Of a DNA stretch of 49,233 nucleotides, positions 1 through 8,560 are shown in pieces. The notes below the pieces were generated by a model. That model did not search any database, was not told the origin of the DNA, and was given only the letters and a program-made list of their open reading frames with translations. The position numbers and the translations under genes were made by a program. The first letter of the stretch is position 1; each line of letters opens with the position of its first letter. This DNA comes from a virus (taxonomy: Duplodnaviria; Caudoviricetes), in IMG/VR virus record IMGVR_UViG_3300024051_000005, positions 1 through 49,233 of that record. One strand, written 5' to 3'.

Positions 1-32
1 AGCAAGGCGTGATCGTTGAGATTACTGTTTAA
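1..32 (+). CDS. 3' end of upstream head gene (partial, ...QGVIVEITV*)
   Basis: Open frame ending TAA at 30-32 just before the capsid RBS. Confidence 0.5.
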   Translation, partial: QGVIVEITV

Positions 33-64
33 GAACTAACTAAATATTTGGAGTAATTAATAAT

Positions 65-1153
65 ATGCCTCTTTCTTATAATCCGCAGGATTTTAACCGC
101 GTAGTAGACCTATCAGAAACAATCAACATTGTTCCTAATAGCTGGGGTCTATTCAACCAACTCGGTATCTTCGATCCTGAGCGTAAATCCCAAAAAACCG
201 TTCTTGTCCCTCGCACTGTTTGGAACGAAGGTCTAATTCCTGATCGTAACTGGGATGAGCGTAACAGCGCTTCTCGTGGCCCAACCCGCAGCTACCTAAC
301 CGCAAGTGTACCACACTTCCCACTAGACGATGCAATCACCCCTAACGATGTTGATGGTGTTATCGCTTGGGAAAACGTATTTGCTGGCATTCAACTAGAA
401 TCTGTAGCTTCTACCCGTGCTCGTAAGATGCAGCAAATGCGCATGAACCATGCCCTCACCCTTGAGGCTGCCCGTGCTCAACTGATCACCACTGGTGGCG
501 TTTACGCTCCTAGCGGCACTCTCCAAACTTCCTATGGTCCTACCATCAACTGGTACAATGAGTTCGGTGTTACTCGTACTGAACTAACCATGGACCTGAC
601 CAACCTAGCTGTTGATCCTCTAGCTGAAGTTGAACCAATCATTGCTGCTGTTCAGGATGGTATCCAGTCCGGTACTGTTGTTGATGGCCTGATTGCTGTT
701 TGCTCTCCTAGCTTCTTCAACGCACTGATCAGCCATCCTTTCGTTGTTGATACCTATAAGTATTTCCAACAAACTCAAGGTACTGCTGTTCTAAATGGTC
801 GTCTAGCCGCTAACGTATACGGCCTTGATGCTCGTTATCGTAACTTCTACTATGGCGGTGTCCTCTGGATTGAATACCGTGGTAGCTACACTAACCGTGT
901 TACTGGTACTACTACTCCTTACATCCCTGCTGGTGATGCTTATGTATTCCCACAAGTTGCAAGCGAAGCAGTATTCAAAACCTACTTTGCTCCAGCTAAC
1001 CGCTTCAGCACTGTAAACACTGTTGCACAAGAGGCTTACTGGTTCGAATACATGAACGAGAAAGACGATTTCATTGAAATTATGTCTGAATCTAACTTCA
1101 TGAACGCCGTACTTCGTCCACAAGCTCTAATTCGTGTGAGCATTGCTCCTTAA
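65..1153 (+). CDS. Major capsid protein (HK97-fold, gpE-like)
   Basis: 362 aa; first gene of structural cluster; GGAG RBS; strongly biased codons; followed by terminator; gpE-like C-terminal SESNF...RPQAL. Confidence 0.9.
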   Translation: MPLSYNPQDFNRVVDLSETINIVPNSWGLFNQLGIFDPERKSQKTVLVPRTVWNEGLIPDRNWDERNSASRGPTRSYLTASVPHFPLDDAITPNDVDGVIAWENVFAGIQLESVASTRARKMQQMRMNHALTLEAARAQLITTGGVYAPSGTLQTSYGPTINWYNEFGVTRTELTMDLTNLAVDPLAEVEPIIAAVQDGIQSGTVVDGLIAVCSPSFFNALISHPFVVDTYKYFQQTQGTAVLNGRLAANVYGLDARYRNFYYGGVLWIEYRGSYTNRVTGTTTPYIPAGDAYVFPQVASEAVFKTYFAPANRFSTVNTVAQEAYWFEYMNEKDDFIEIMSESNFMNAVLRPQALIRVSIAP

Positions 1154-1166
1154 GAATTAGCTATAC

Positions 1167-1195
1167 AAGGGACTTGAAATATAGTCCCTTTATTT
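1167..1195 (+). terminator. Intrinsic terminator after capsid gene
   Basis: AAGGGACT-tgaaatat-AGTCCCTT followed by TATTT. Confidence 0.7.
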
Positions 1196-1208
1196 AGGAG
1201 AAATAAAT

Positions 1209-1436
1209 ATGGCTGTAACTCCCGTGATTGGAGCAGGTTATATCGAAGCTGTTAACAGTATTGCTGAACAAGTAAATGCTGGTGGAGCTACTGTTCCTGC
1301 TGCAACTACTACTACAAATGGTACTGTAAAGAAAGCTGCCGCACAAGCAGATTTTGCTGGAGCAGATATTACTGCTCTTAAAGTAGAGTTGAATGCTTTT
1401 CTTGCAAAACTAAAAGCTGCTGGTCAAGTAACTTGA
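1209..1436 (+). CDS. Small head fibre/decoration-like protein
   Basis: 75 aa; PAATTTTNGTVKKAAAQAD...LNAFLAKLKAAG motif typical of phage head-fibre-like proteins; AGGAG RBS. Confidence 0.6.
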   Translation: MAVTPVIGAGYIEAVNSIAEQVNAGGATVPAATTTTNGTVKKAAAQADFAGADITALKVELNAFLAKLKAAGQVT

Positions 1437-1444
1437 AATAATAA

Positions 1445-1470
1445 AGGGCAGGTAATACTGCCCTCCTTTT
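1445..1470 (+). terminator. Intrinsic terminator
   Basis: AGGGCAG-gtaata-CTGCCCT followed by CCTTTT. Confidence 0.6.
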
Positions 1471-1483
1471 AAAAGGAGAGGCT

Positions 1484-1933
1484 ATGGCCCTTACACCTAT
1501 CGAATCTGTAAGACTCTTAATTGGTGATGTTCCGGGTAGTCCTTTCTATCCTTTATACACAGATGAACAGATTCAAGAATTTCTAGATTTAACTAATCAA
1601 AATATTCAACAAGCTGCTAGATTGGCAGCAATTTCAGCAAGCTTTATTCTTGCTGGCTGGAATACCAGAGAGCGTACAGGTGATATTGAAGTCTGGAATA
1701 GTCTTTCTACTCAATATCTAAAAGCTCTGCAAAATGTAATTGACAACCCAATTATTGATATTCCCAATGGAATGATGCCATATGCTGGTGGAATCAGTTG
1801 GGAAGATGTTTGTGCTAACAATCGTAATCCAGATAATGTAAGAAGTCCCCTCACTAAGATTAAGACATGTGATTGTGATGGAGGGTGCGGTTGTGATCTT
1901 CCATTTGGTGTGACATTTATTGTCGTGGAGTAA
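1484..1933 (+). CDS. Head-tail adaptor-like virion protein
   Basis: 149 aa; VRLLIGD...YTDEQIQEFL N-terminus typical of adaptors; position after capsid. Confidence 0.6.
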   Translation: MALTPIESVRLLIGDVPGSPFYPLYTDEQIQEFLDLTNQNIQQAARLAAISASFILAGWNTRERTGDIEVWNSLSTQYLKALQNVIDNPIIDIPNGMMPYAGGISWEDVCANNRNPDNVRSPLTKIKTCDCDGGCGCDLPFGVTFIVVE

Positions 1934-1936
1934 ACC

Positions 1937-2416
1937 ATGGCATTTAAAATAGAAAAAGATACTAAAGTTTGGGATAGTATTAAGTCTCAAGCAAAAATTC
2001 TAAACACATTTGAGACAGAAGTTGGATGGTTTCCTGAAAATCGTTATGGTTCTGATAACGAAAATCTTCAGATGGCTCAGGTAGCTCAATGGAACAATGA
2101 AGGGCATGCTTTACAAGGTGTTCCTCCACGTCCATTCTTGTCTGTTGGATTCCCTCGTGCTCTTAAACTTAGTATTCAGAAAGATGTTTTCAAGGATGTA
2201 ATCACAGCTATTTCAGAAGGCTCTGGTGCCCTTGTTAGAATTAAAAGGACAGAGCAAGAATTAGAGAGCATTTTAAGAAAAGTCATGATTGATTGGGATA
2301 GTCCCCCCAACAGTCAAAGAACAATCGACGCTAAAGGTTTCAACGATCCTCTAATCAATACAAGTCAACTTGTAGCCAATGCAACAGCAAAAACACATAA
2401 GAAAGGAGAATACTAA
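1937..2416 (+). CDS. Neck/tail-completion protein
   Basis: 159 aa; VAQWNNEG..VPPRPF..PPNSQRTIDAKGFNDPLINT motif. Confidence 0.6.
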   Translation: MAFKIEKDTKVWDSIKSQAKILNTFETEVGWFPENRYGSDNENLQMAQVAQWNNEGHALQGVPPRPFLSVGFPRALKLSIQKDVFKDVITAISEGSGALVRIKRTEQELESILRKVMIDWDSPPNSQRTIDAKGFNDPLINTSQLVANATAKTHKKGEY

Positions 2417-2790
2417 TGTTAAAACCAAATTTTCTCCTTACTCATAAAATTCCTCTAACAATCTATCGCAGAGAAAGTGGAAGTTATGTTGATGGTGATT
2501 GGGTTGAAGGTGGTCTTATTCAAGTTCCTATCATGGTAAATATCCAGCCACTCAAAGAATATGAACTAATGCAATTTCCAGAATCTGAACGAACTAAAGT
2601 TTGGTATAAATTCTATACAGCAGATTATGTTAGAACAGAGAAAGAAGGAACTAATGGATGGGATGCAGATATGTTCGACTGGAAGGGCGATAGATACAAA
2701 GTAATGAAAGTTCAAGATTGGCTTAATGGAATGGGAATTCTTGAACATTGTCGTGCATATGCTTCTCGCGTAAGTCTTACGCCAAATTAA
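2416..2790 (+). CDS. Head closure/neck protein
   Basis: 124 aa beta-rich; GSYVDGDWVEG, NIQP; synteny. Confidence 0.55.
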   Translation: MLKPNFLLTHKIPLTIYRRESGSYVDGDWVEGGLIQVPIMVNIQPLKEYELMQFPESERTKVWYKFYTADYVRTEKEGTNGWDADMFDWKGDRYKVMKVQDWLNGMGILEHCRAYASRVSLTPN

Positions 2791-2799
2791 GGAGAATAC

Positions 2800-3402
2800 A
2801 TGTCTAATATTTATTCTTCTGTTAGAAAAGCTGTGAGGAATGTTGCACTTAAAGCTTTAGACGAATATCCAACAACACCGATAATTTTCTCCCATCTTAA
2901 TGGCGCAGAGCCTAGTGAAAGTTATGTAATTATTACTATTCTAGATAGTGAACAACAAGGACACCATTCAACATCTACTCTAACAGAAGATGGCACAGAA
3001 ATTTTAACTTATCAATCTTTCTATGAGATTCAAGTACAATTTTCTTTCTGTGGAAGTTTAAGTGGAGATTTGGCTTATACTTTCAATCAAAGAATTAATA
3101 ACAGTCCTTGGGTTACCGAGGAGCTTTCCAGAAACAATCTTGGACTAATGCGTAAAAGCAATGTTAGGCGTGCTCCACAGAAAAGAGAAACGCAATGGGT
3201 TGAATTCCACAATATGACTGTCACGTTCAACTATATTGTTGTTAGTCAAGAAGTTGTGGACGTTGTTGAACATATTCTTCTTGGTGATGATATAACAGGT
3301 CAAGAGATTCTAATCCCACCTTATGTTAATCAAACTATCACAACAGAAGATGGAAATGCAATTACAACAGAGTCCGGTGATACACTGGTAACAGAGAGCT
3401 AA
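2800..3402 (+). CDS. Tail terminator/neck protein with C-terminal TE(D/S)G repeat extension
   Basis: 200 aa; synteny before sheath; ends TITTEDGNAITTESGDTLVTES. Confidence 0.55.
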   Translation: MSNIYSSVRKAVRNVALKALDEYPTTPIIFSHLNGAEPSESYVIITILDSEQQGHHSTSTLTEDGTEILTYQSFYEIQVQFSFCGSLSGDLAYTFNQRINNSPWVTEELSRNNLGLMRKSNVRRAPQKRETQWVEFHNMTVTFNYIVVSQEVVDVVEHILLGDDITGQEILIPPYVNQTITTEDGNAITTESGDTLVTES

Positions 3403-3403
3403 T

Positions 3404-4147
3404 ATGGCAGATATTAAGATTTCAGAACTCCCTGTTGCTACAGGACCAATCGAACCTGATGATATTCTATTACTTGTTCGCGATGGTGTAACATATCAAA
3501 TGTCTGGTGAAGATCATGAGACAGCGGGTGTGGTTACATTCAATACGAGAAGTGGCACAGTTGTTCTTTTGCAGTCTGATGTAACAGGGGCTTTAGATGG
3601 ATTCCCTGTAATTCAAAACGGAACAGCATTTAGGATTTATGCAACTAATGCTTCTGGTCAACAAACCCTTCTAACATATTCTCAAGGTGGGGCATTAAAC
3701 CTTACAGTAGTTCAACGCACTGCACAAGGTCAAATTGATGCTTCTACTGTTGCAGATGATAATGTTCAAGCTGGTCCTAATAATTTAATCAATAGAGCTT
3801 ATGCACAAGAGCTTCGTTCTGATCGAATCAGTACAGTAAACTCTAGCTCCTCTGCAACGACTATCCCAGCAACTGGTGATGGAATTATTGTTTCAGGATT
3901 AGATGCAACAAACTTTTCTATTACACTTCCAAGTGCTCTTACAAGATATAAAAGAGTTCTTGTCAAGTTCAGATGTAACATTACGAATTTAACAATCAAT
4001 GCTGGGAATGATGCTAATGCACTTCCTAATCTAATTGATTACACACCGACTTCCGCCAATGCGGGAGATTTATTTGAATGGGGATATGATGTTAGTACAT
4101 CTACGTGGCTCATTACAAATTACGTTTCTTTTTCAAGCTTACCGTAG
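3404..4147 (+). CDS. Accessory virion fibre/appendage protein
   Basis: 247 aa; MADIKISELP N-terminus and VVTFNTRSGTVVL..SDV motif seen in fibre proteins; Thr/Asn/Gly-rich. Confidence 0.5.
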   Translation: MADIKISELPVATGPIEPDDILLLVRDGVTYQMSGEDHETAGVVTFNTRSGTVVLLQSDVTGALDGFPVIQNGTAFRIYATNASGQQTLLTYSQGGALNLTVVQRTAQGQIDASTVADDNVQAGPNNLINRAYAQELRSDRISTVNSSSSATTIPATGDGIIVSGLDATNFSITLPSALTRYKRVLVKFRCNITNLTINAGNDANALPNLIDYTPTSANAGDLFEWGYDVSTSTWLITNYVSFSSLP

Positions 4148-4153
4148 GTGATT

Positions 4154-5086
4154 ATGGAAGAAATTCATTATCTTTATAAAATCACAAATCTTGTAAATCA
4201 GAAACTTTATATTGGTGTAACTAAAAATCCAAAAACTCGCAAAGAGAAGCATTTTGCAAAATCTGGCGAAGGTAGGTTGGTAAATAAAGCTGTAACCAAA
4301 TATGGGAAAGAAAATTTTACTTTCGAAATTATCTGTACAGGAAGTAAAGAGTACATCTATGCTCTTGAACCAAAAGCCATAGAACTTTATAAGTCTAATG
4401 CTACAACTGGACATGGTTACAATTTGTGTGATGGAGGGATAATCAATAATCAAGTTAACAAAGGTAAATCCATTTCTAAAAGGAAAGACGATAAACCAGT
4501 GTTTGTTTCTGGTTTTTGGTTTCCTAATCCTCGATGTGCCAGAACTGTTCTTAAGATATCCCCAAATATTTATAAGGTGAGAAAAAGAAATGGAACTCTT
4601 GGCTTAACTTTCACAGAAGAAAAAGAAGTTATTCGATCTGACGATTATAATTGTTATGTTATGGGCTTCTGGTTTCCAAACAAGAGAGTAGCCTGTTCTA
4701 AATCTAACATAGACGCTGCGACATTCTATAAGTGGAAATCTCAAGGCACATTGGGAAATATTTGTCATCCGAGATTTAGCCTAGTTTACGATGCACCACA
4801 GTATTATAACGGTTTCTGGCTACCGACACTAAGAAAAACTTCAGAGATTTTTAACACACACCCTGAGACTATTTACAAAAATATCCAAAAAGGGATGGTA
4901 GAGCAAAATTCTAAAGACAAGAATTCTGACGCTTGTGTTGGTAGATGGAAAATAAAAATCAATGGTAATTTATTCGATTCCATAGCAGATGCCAGTAAGC
5001 TGACTGGTATTTCTCGTTCAAGAATTGCCAAAAATCTAAATTCTAATAATGAAGGATATTCTTATGAATTTTCCTATGGTAAATAA
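4154..5086 (+). mobile_element. Free-standing GIY-YIG homing endonuclease with tandem NUMOD1-like DNA-binding repeats
   Basis: YLYKITNLVNQKLYIGVT...KYGKENFTFE...E...GYN; Lys-rich; interrupts structural operon; start ATG 4154 (or GTG 4148). Confidence 0.85.
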
Positions 5087-5101
5087 AAAAGAGGATCGTC
5101 T

Positions 5102-6394
5102 ATGAGCGATGAATTATCAAATGTAGTGCAAATCCAAATTACCCGAGAATCTACACCAATCACTACTGCAAGTTTTCAAATCCCACTGATTCTTGGTACT
5201 TTTACAAACTTCTCAGAGCGTACTCGTACTTATACTGACATTGACGCTGTTGCTGATGACTTTGATGCTGAGTCAACTATCTATGCAATTGCCTCTAAAC
5301 TCTTTGGACAATCGTCTGTAGGTGCTGTACCTCCTTCAGTTATTATTGGTCGTCGTCAAGTAGACTCAGTCACTATTGTTCCCGATCCTGTTGCTGACAA
5401 CACAGAATATACAGTAACTATTAACGGCACTCCATACAGTTACACATCTGGTGTATCAGCCACTGCCACTACAATTACTGCTGGTCTTGACACCGCAATT
5501 GGCACTCCAACTGGAATCACTGCTACTGCCGCATCCGGTGTTCTGACCGTTGCTGTAACAACGCCCGGAACTGCATGGTCAATCAACGTGTCTGCAAATC
5601 TTACAAAGACACCCACACTTCTTACAGAAACTTATGTTCAAGCTCTAACAGCGGTTGAGAATGAAAATAATACATGGTATGGAGTAGTACTAGATACACA
5701 CTTACCTGCTATCGTAGAGCCATTCAGTGATGCTATTAATGCTCGCCGTAAACTCTTTGGTACTGCAACTTCTGATACCACTGCTACAGCCACTACTCAG
5801 ACAGATATTGCCGCTATTCTAAGCAATAAAAACGCTGATCGCACTTATGGTGTTTATCTTCCCACTGCTGACACAGAGTGGCCTGAAGCTGCTTGGATGG
5901 GTAGTCAAATGCCTTACACTCCCGGTTCAAACGATTGGGATTTCAAGCGTGCTGTAGGTGTTACTCGTTCTGTTCTTTCAGATACTCAACGTGCTAATCT
6001 TCGTAGCAAAAATTGTAATATGTATACCACTGTTGCCGGTGTTGATATCTTCCAAGATGGTGATACTTTTGGCGGCTCGCCAACCGACGAAATTATCGGT
6101 GTAGATTGGCTTTATGCTCGCCTTCAAGAGGGCGTCTTTGGGCGTCTAATTCGTTCTCTGAAAGTACCAATGACCAATCCCGGGCTTGCTATTATTGAAA
6201 ACGAAATTCGTTCTGTATTGTCTCAAGCAGAAGCTAATGGTCTTATTGATCGTGGTTGGACTGTAACAACTCCAGACGTTCTTGAGATTCCTGAGAACAT
6301 GCGTGCTCAACGTACAGCAGGGACTTTCGTATTCCGTGCTCGCCTGCAAGGCAGTATTAGGAAAGTTATTATTAATGGCTTCCTTTCTGTGTAA
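5102..6394 (+). CDS. Tail sheath protein (DUF3383-type)
   Basis: 430 aa; WPEAAWMG, DWLYARLQE, KVPMTNPG, MRAQR..FVFRARLQGSI motifs. Confidence 0.9.
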   Translation: MSDELSNVVQIQITRESTPITTASFQIPLILGTFTNFSERTRTYTDIDAVADDFDAESTIYAIASKLFGQSSVGAVPPSVIIGRRQVDSVTIVPDPVADNTEYTVTINGTPYSYTSGVSATATTITAGLDTAIGTPTGITATAASGVLTVAVTTPGTAWSINVSANLTKTPTLLTETYVQALTAVENENNTWYGVVLDTHLPAIVEPFSDAINARRKLFGTATSDTTATATTQTDIAAILSNKNADRTYGVYLPTADTEWPEAAWMGSQMPYTPGSNDWDFKRAVGVTRSVLSDTQRANLRSKNCNMYTTVAGVDIFQDGDTFGGSPTDEIIGVDWLYARLQEGVFGRLIRSLKVPMTNPGLAIIENEIRSVLSQAEANGLIDRGWTVTTPDVLEIPENMRAQRTAGTFVFRARLQGSIRKVIINGFLSV

Positions 6395-6417
6395 ATATTT
6401 GGTAAAAGGATTATATA

Positions 6418-6945
6418 ATGAGTGATGCAAGCATTGGTAATTATTTGCCAGATGATTTTATTATCATCCTAAGTAAGGGTGATTTTACACACCGTATTAC
6501 AGGGTTTGCTGATGGTACATTTATTTCTATGGATAGACTTGTACCAACTTCAGAACCCTATCAAGGTGTTGGTGATAATGGATTTGGACGTGTAAAACGC
6601 CGTATTACTGGTATGAATGTTACTATCACACTTCACCAGTATTCCCCTTCAAACACTGTTCTCCAACAGCTTCAACTAGCTGATGCCAATACTCCAACTA
6701 ATGAGTGGGTGTTCAACTGCATGATGAAAGACCCAAGTGGTCAAACTGTTGCAAGTTCAAGTATGGCTATTATTGCAGCACCACCAACCGCCGCTTTTAG
6801 TTCAACCACTGAAAGTCGTGATTGGCAAATCTATATGTTTGGTAGTGATCTGTTTATTGGTGGCAACATGCTGCTCTCCGATGCAGAAGTTCAAGCTGTA
6901 GAAACCCTTGGCGGTACTGTTGACGCGCGTTGGCAAGTTCAATAA
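6418..6945 (+). CDS. Tail tube protein
   Basis: 175 aa immediately after sheath; GFADGTFIS, TITLHQYSPSN..L; followed by terminator. Confidence 0.8.
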   Translation: MSDASIGNYLPDDFIIILSKGDFTHRITGFADGTFISMDRLVPTSEPYQGVGDNGFGRVKRRITGMNVTITLHQYSPSNTVLQQLQLADANTPTNEWVFNCMMKDPSGQTVASSSMAIIAAPPTAAFSSTTESRDWQIYMFGSDLFIGGNMLLSDAEVQAVETLGGTVDARWQVQ

Positions 6946-6947
6946 TT

Positions 6948-6976
6948 AAAGGGGAGAATTATCTCCCCTTTCTTTT
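6948..6976 (+). terminator. Intrinsic terminator after tail tube
   Basis: AAAGGGGAGA-atta-TCTCCCCTTT followed by CTTTT. Confidence 0.8.
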
Positions 6977-6987
6977 AAGGAGACAGA

Positions 6988-7491
6988 ATGGCTAATATTT
7001 TTAACTATTGTCCAGATGACGTGACAGTAGTGATAGCTGGATTAGCTACAGTAGATGGTTTTGCAACAGGAACATTTATTTCAATTGATAAAGACGTTGC
7101 TCCATATACCTCTGTCAGAACGCCAGATGGAATGACAGCTAGGCTTCACAATAACGATCAAACTTATACAATTCAACTCACTCTTCATATCGGTAGCAGC
7201 ACAAATGAGCTTCTAACAAAGCTGTGGCTTGCTGATGAAATTACGAATAAAGCTAAGTTCCCTATTTTCATTAAAGATCATAGCGGAACAGATTTATTCT
7301 TCTCCACTACAACTTGGATTGAAGGACTACCAACACTCTCTAAAAGTGATCATGTAGATACAAGAGTTTGGACTCTAAGAAGTTCTCAAGCAGTTGTAAA
7401 CTACGGAACAAACGGAGAACAGAGTAGTGATGTAGATGATTTGATTAAAGCTATCATCGGTTCCATTCCAGCTATTGAGGGTCTTCTTTAA
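6988..7491 (+). CDS. Tail tube-like protein (paralogue)
   Basis: Y.PDDV..GFATGTFIS..IKDHSG..RVW shared with 6418..6945. Confidence 0.7.
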   Translation: MANIFNYCPDDVTVVIAGLATVDGFATGTFISIDKDVAPYTSVRTPDGMTARLHNNDQTYTIQLTLHIGSSTNELLTKLWLADEITNKAKFPIFIKDHSGTDLFFSTTTWIEGLPTLSKSDHVDTRVWTLRSSQAVVNYGTNGEQSSDVDDLIKAIIGSIPAIEGLL

Positions 7492-7982
7492 TGGCCTCAT
7501 CTCCAGTTTATACTTACAACCCCCAGCAAGTTCAACTGATTGTTGGGGGTTACACTGTAACAGGTTGGGAAAGTATTTCTATTGCACGCACGGTTTCAGG
7601 TTTTCAACCTATCAGAGGAATTCGTGGTAAAAATACTCGTGTCTTCAACCAAGACACATCAGCAATGATTACAGTTCCACTAATTCAAACTTCACCAGCT
7701 AACGATGTGTTTGCACAGATTCATAATCTAGACCTGACAAATGGAACAGGAAGACTTGAGATTATGCTTAAAGATCGTTCTGGTGGTGGTATTTATAGTT
7801 CAATCGAAGCTTATATTGTTGGATACCCAGAAGTAACTTATTCAGGCACTTTCTCATATAGGAATTGGCAAATCTTTTGTCAGTCAACATCTTTCAATCC
7901 TAATGGGAATTCTAGTGCTGTTTCTTCTATTTTTAACACCCTAGTAAGTGAAGCTTCCTCATTTGTTCAAGGATTATTTTAA
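7491..7982 (+). CDS. Tail tube-like protein (paralogue)
   Basis: YNPQQV..LIQTSPAN..LKDRSG..RNWQI shared pattern. Confidence 0.65.
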   Translation: MASSPVYTYNPQQVQLIVGGYTVTGWESISIARTVSGFQPIRGIRGKNTRVFNQDTSAMITVPLIQTSPANDVFAQIHNLDLTNGTGRLEIMLKDRSGGGIYSSIEAYIVGYPEVTYSGTFSYRNWQIFCQSTSFNPNGNSSAVSSIFNTLVSEASSFVQGLF

Positions 7983-8297
7983 ATGTCTATTATTTCTCTT
8001 CCACAAGAAACCATCACTGTAGATGATACTGACTATCTAATTACTGCAATGCCCGCAACTCAAGCACTTGCTTTCATGGAAAAATATCAAGAATCTCTTG
8101 AAACAGGCAAGGCCGATCTTAGTCTTGTAAAGCAACTTGTTTGTAAATATGTAGCTAAAGACAACAAACAGATTACTTCAGAATCTTTTGATATTCTATT
8201 TGCTCGTAAAGCAATGGGTCATCTACAACGTCTTTATTCTGAAATTCTGAAATTCAACTTTGAAGATGTTTTTCAAGAAAGCGATTCAGAGGATTAA
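7983..8297 (+). CDS. Tail assembly chaperone (G-like)
   Basis: 104 aa acidic ORF between tube genes and tape measure; slippery GTTTTTC near 3' end. Confidence 0.75.
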   Translation: MSIISLPQETITVDDTDYLITAMPATQALAFMEKYQESLETGKADLSLVKQLVCKYVAKDNKQITSESFDILFARKAMGHLQRLYSEILKFNFEDVFQESDSED

Positions 8298-8551
8298 AAG
8301 AGCCTGAGTCGCAAGGTAAACACAAAGTTCTTTCATCTGCTGAAAAGCAAATTATGGAAGAGTTTTCTCAAGATTGGAGAATCTATAAAGTAGTGATGCA
8401 TAACGATCCTCCTCTTTGTCAAAGATGGCAGCTTGATTCTTGTATTAGTTTAAATCAGTTCTTCGACATGCTTGAGTTTGTTGACGCCTATCAAGCTAAA
8501 AGAAAATTAGATGATGCTAAAAGAGAAGCAGAAGCTAAGAAAAGAAAGTAG
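8264..8551 (+). CDS. Tail assembly chaperone -1 frameshift extension (T-like)
   Basis: -1 frame open from 8264 to TAG 8551, overlapping end of 7983..8297; includes ORF 8354..8551. Confidence 0.7.
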   Translation, partial: RCFSRKRFRGLKEPESQGKHKVLSSAEKQIMEEFSQDWRIYKVVMHNDPPLCQRWQLDSCISLNQFFDMLEFVDAYQAKRKLDDAKREAEAKKRK

Positions 8552-8560
8552 GAGCTTTGA

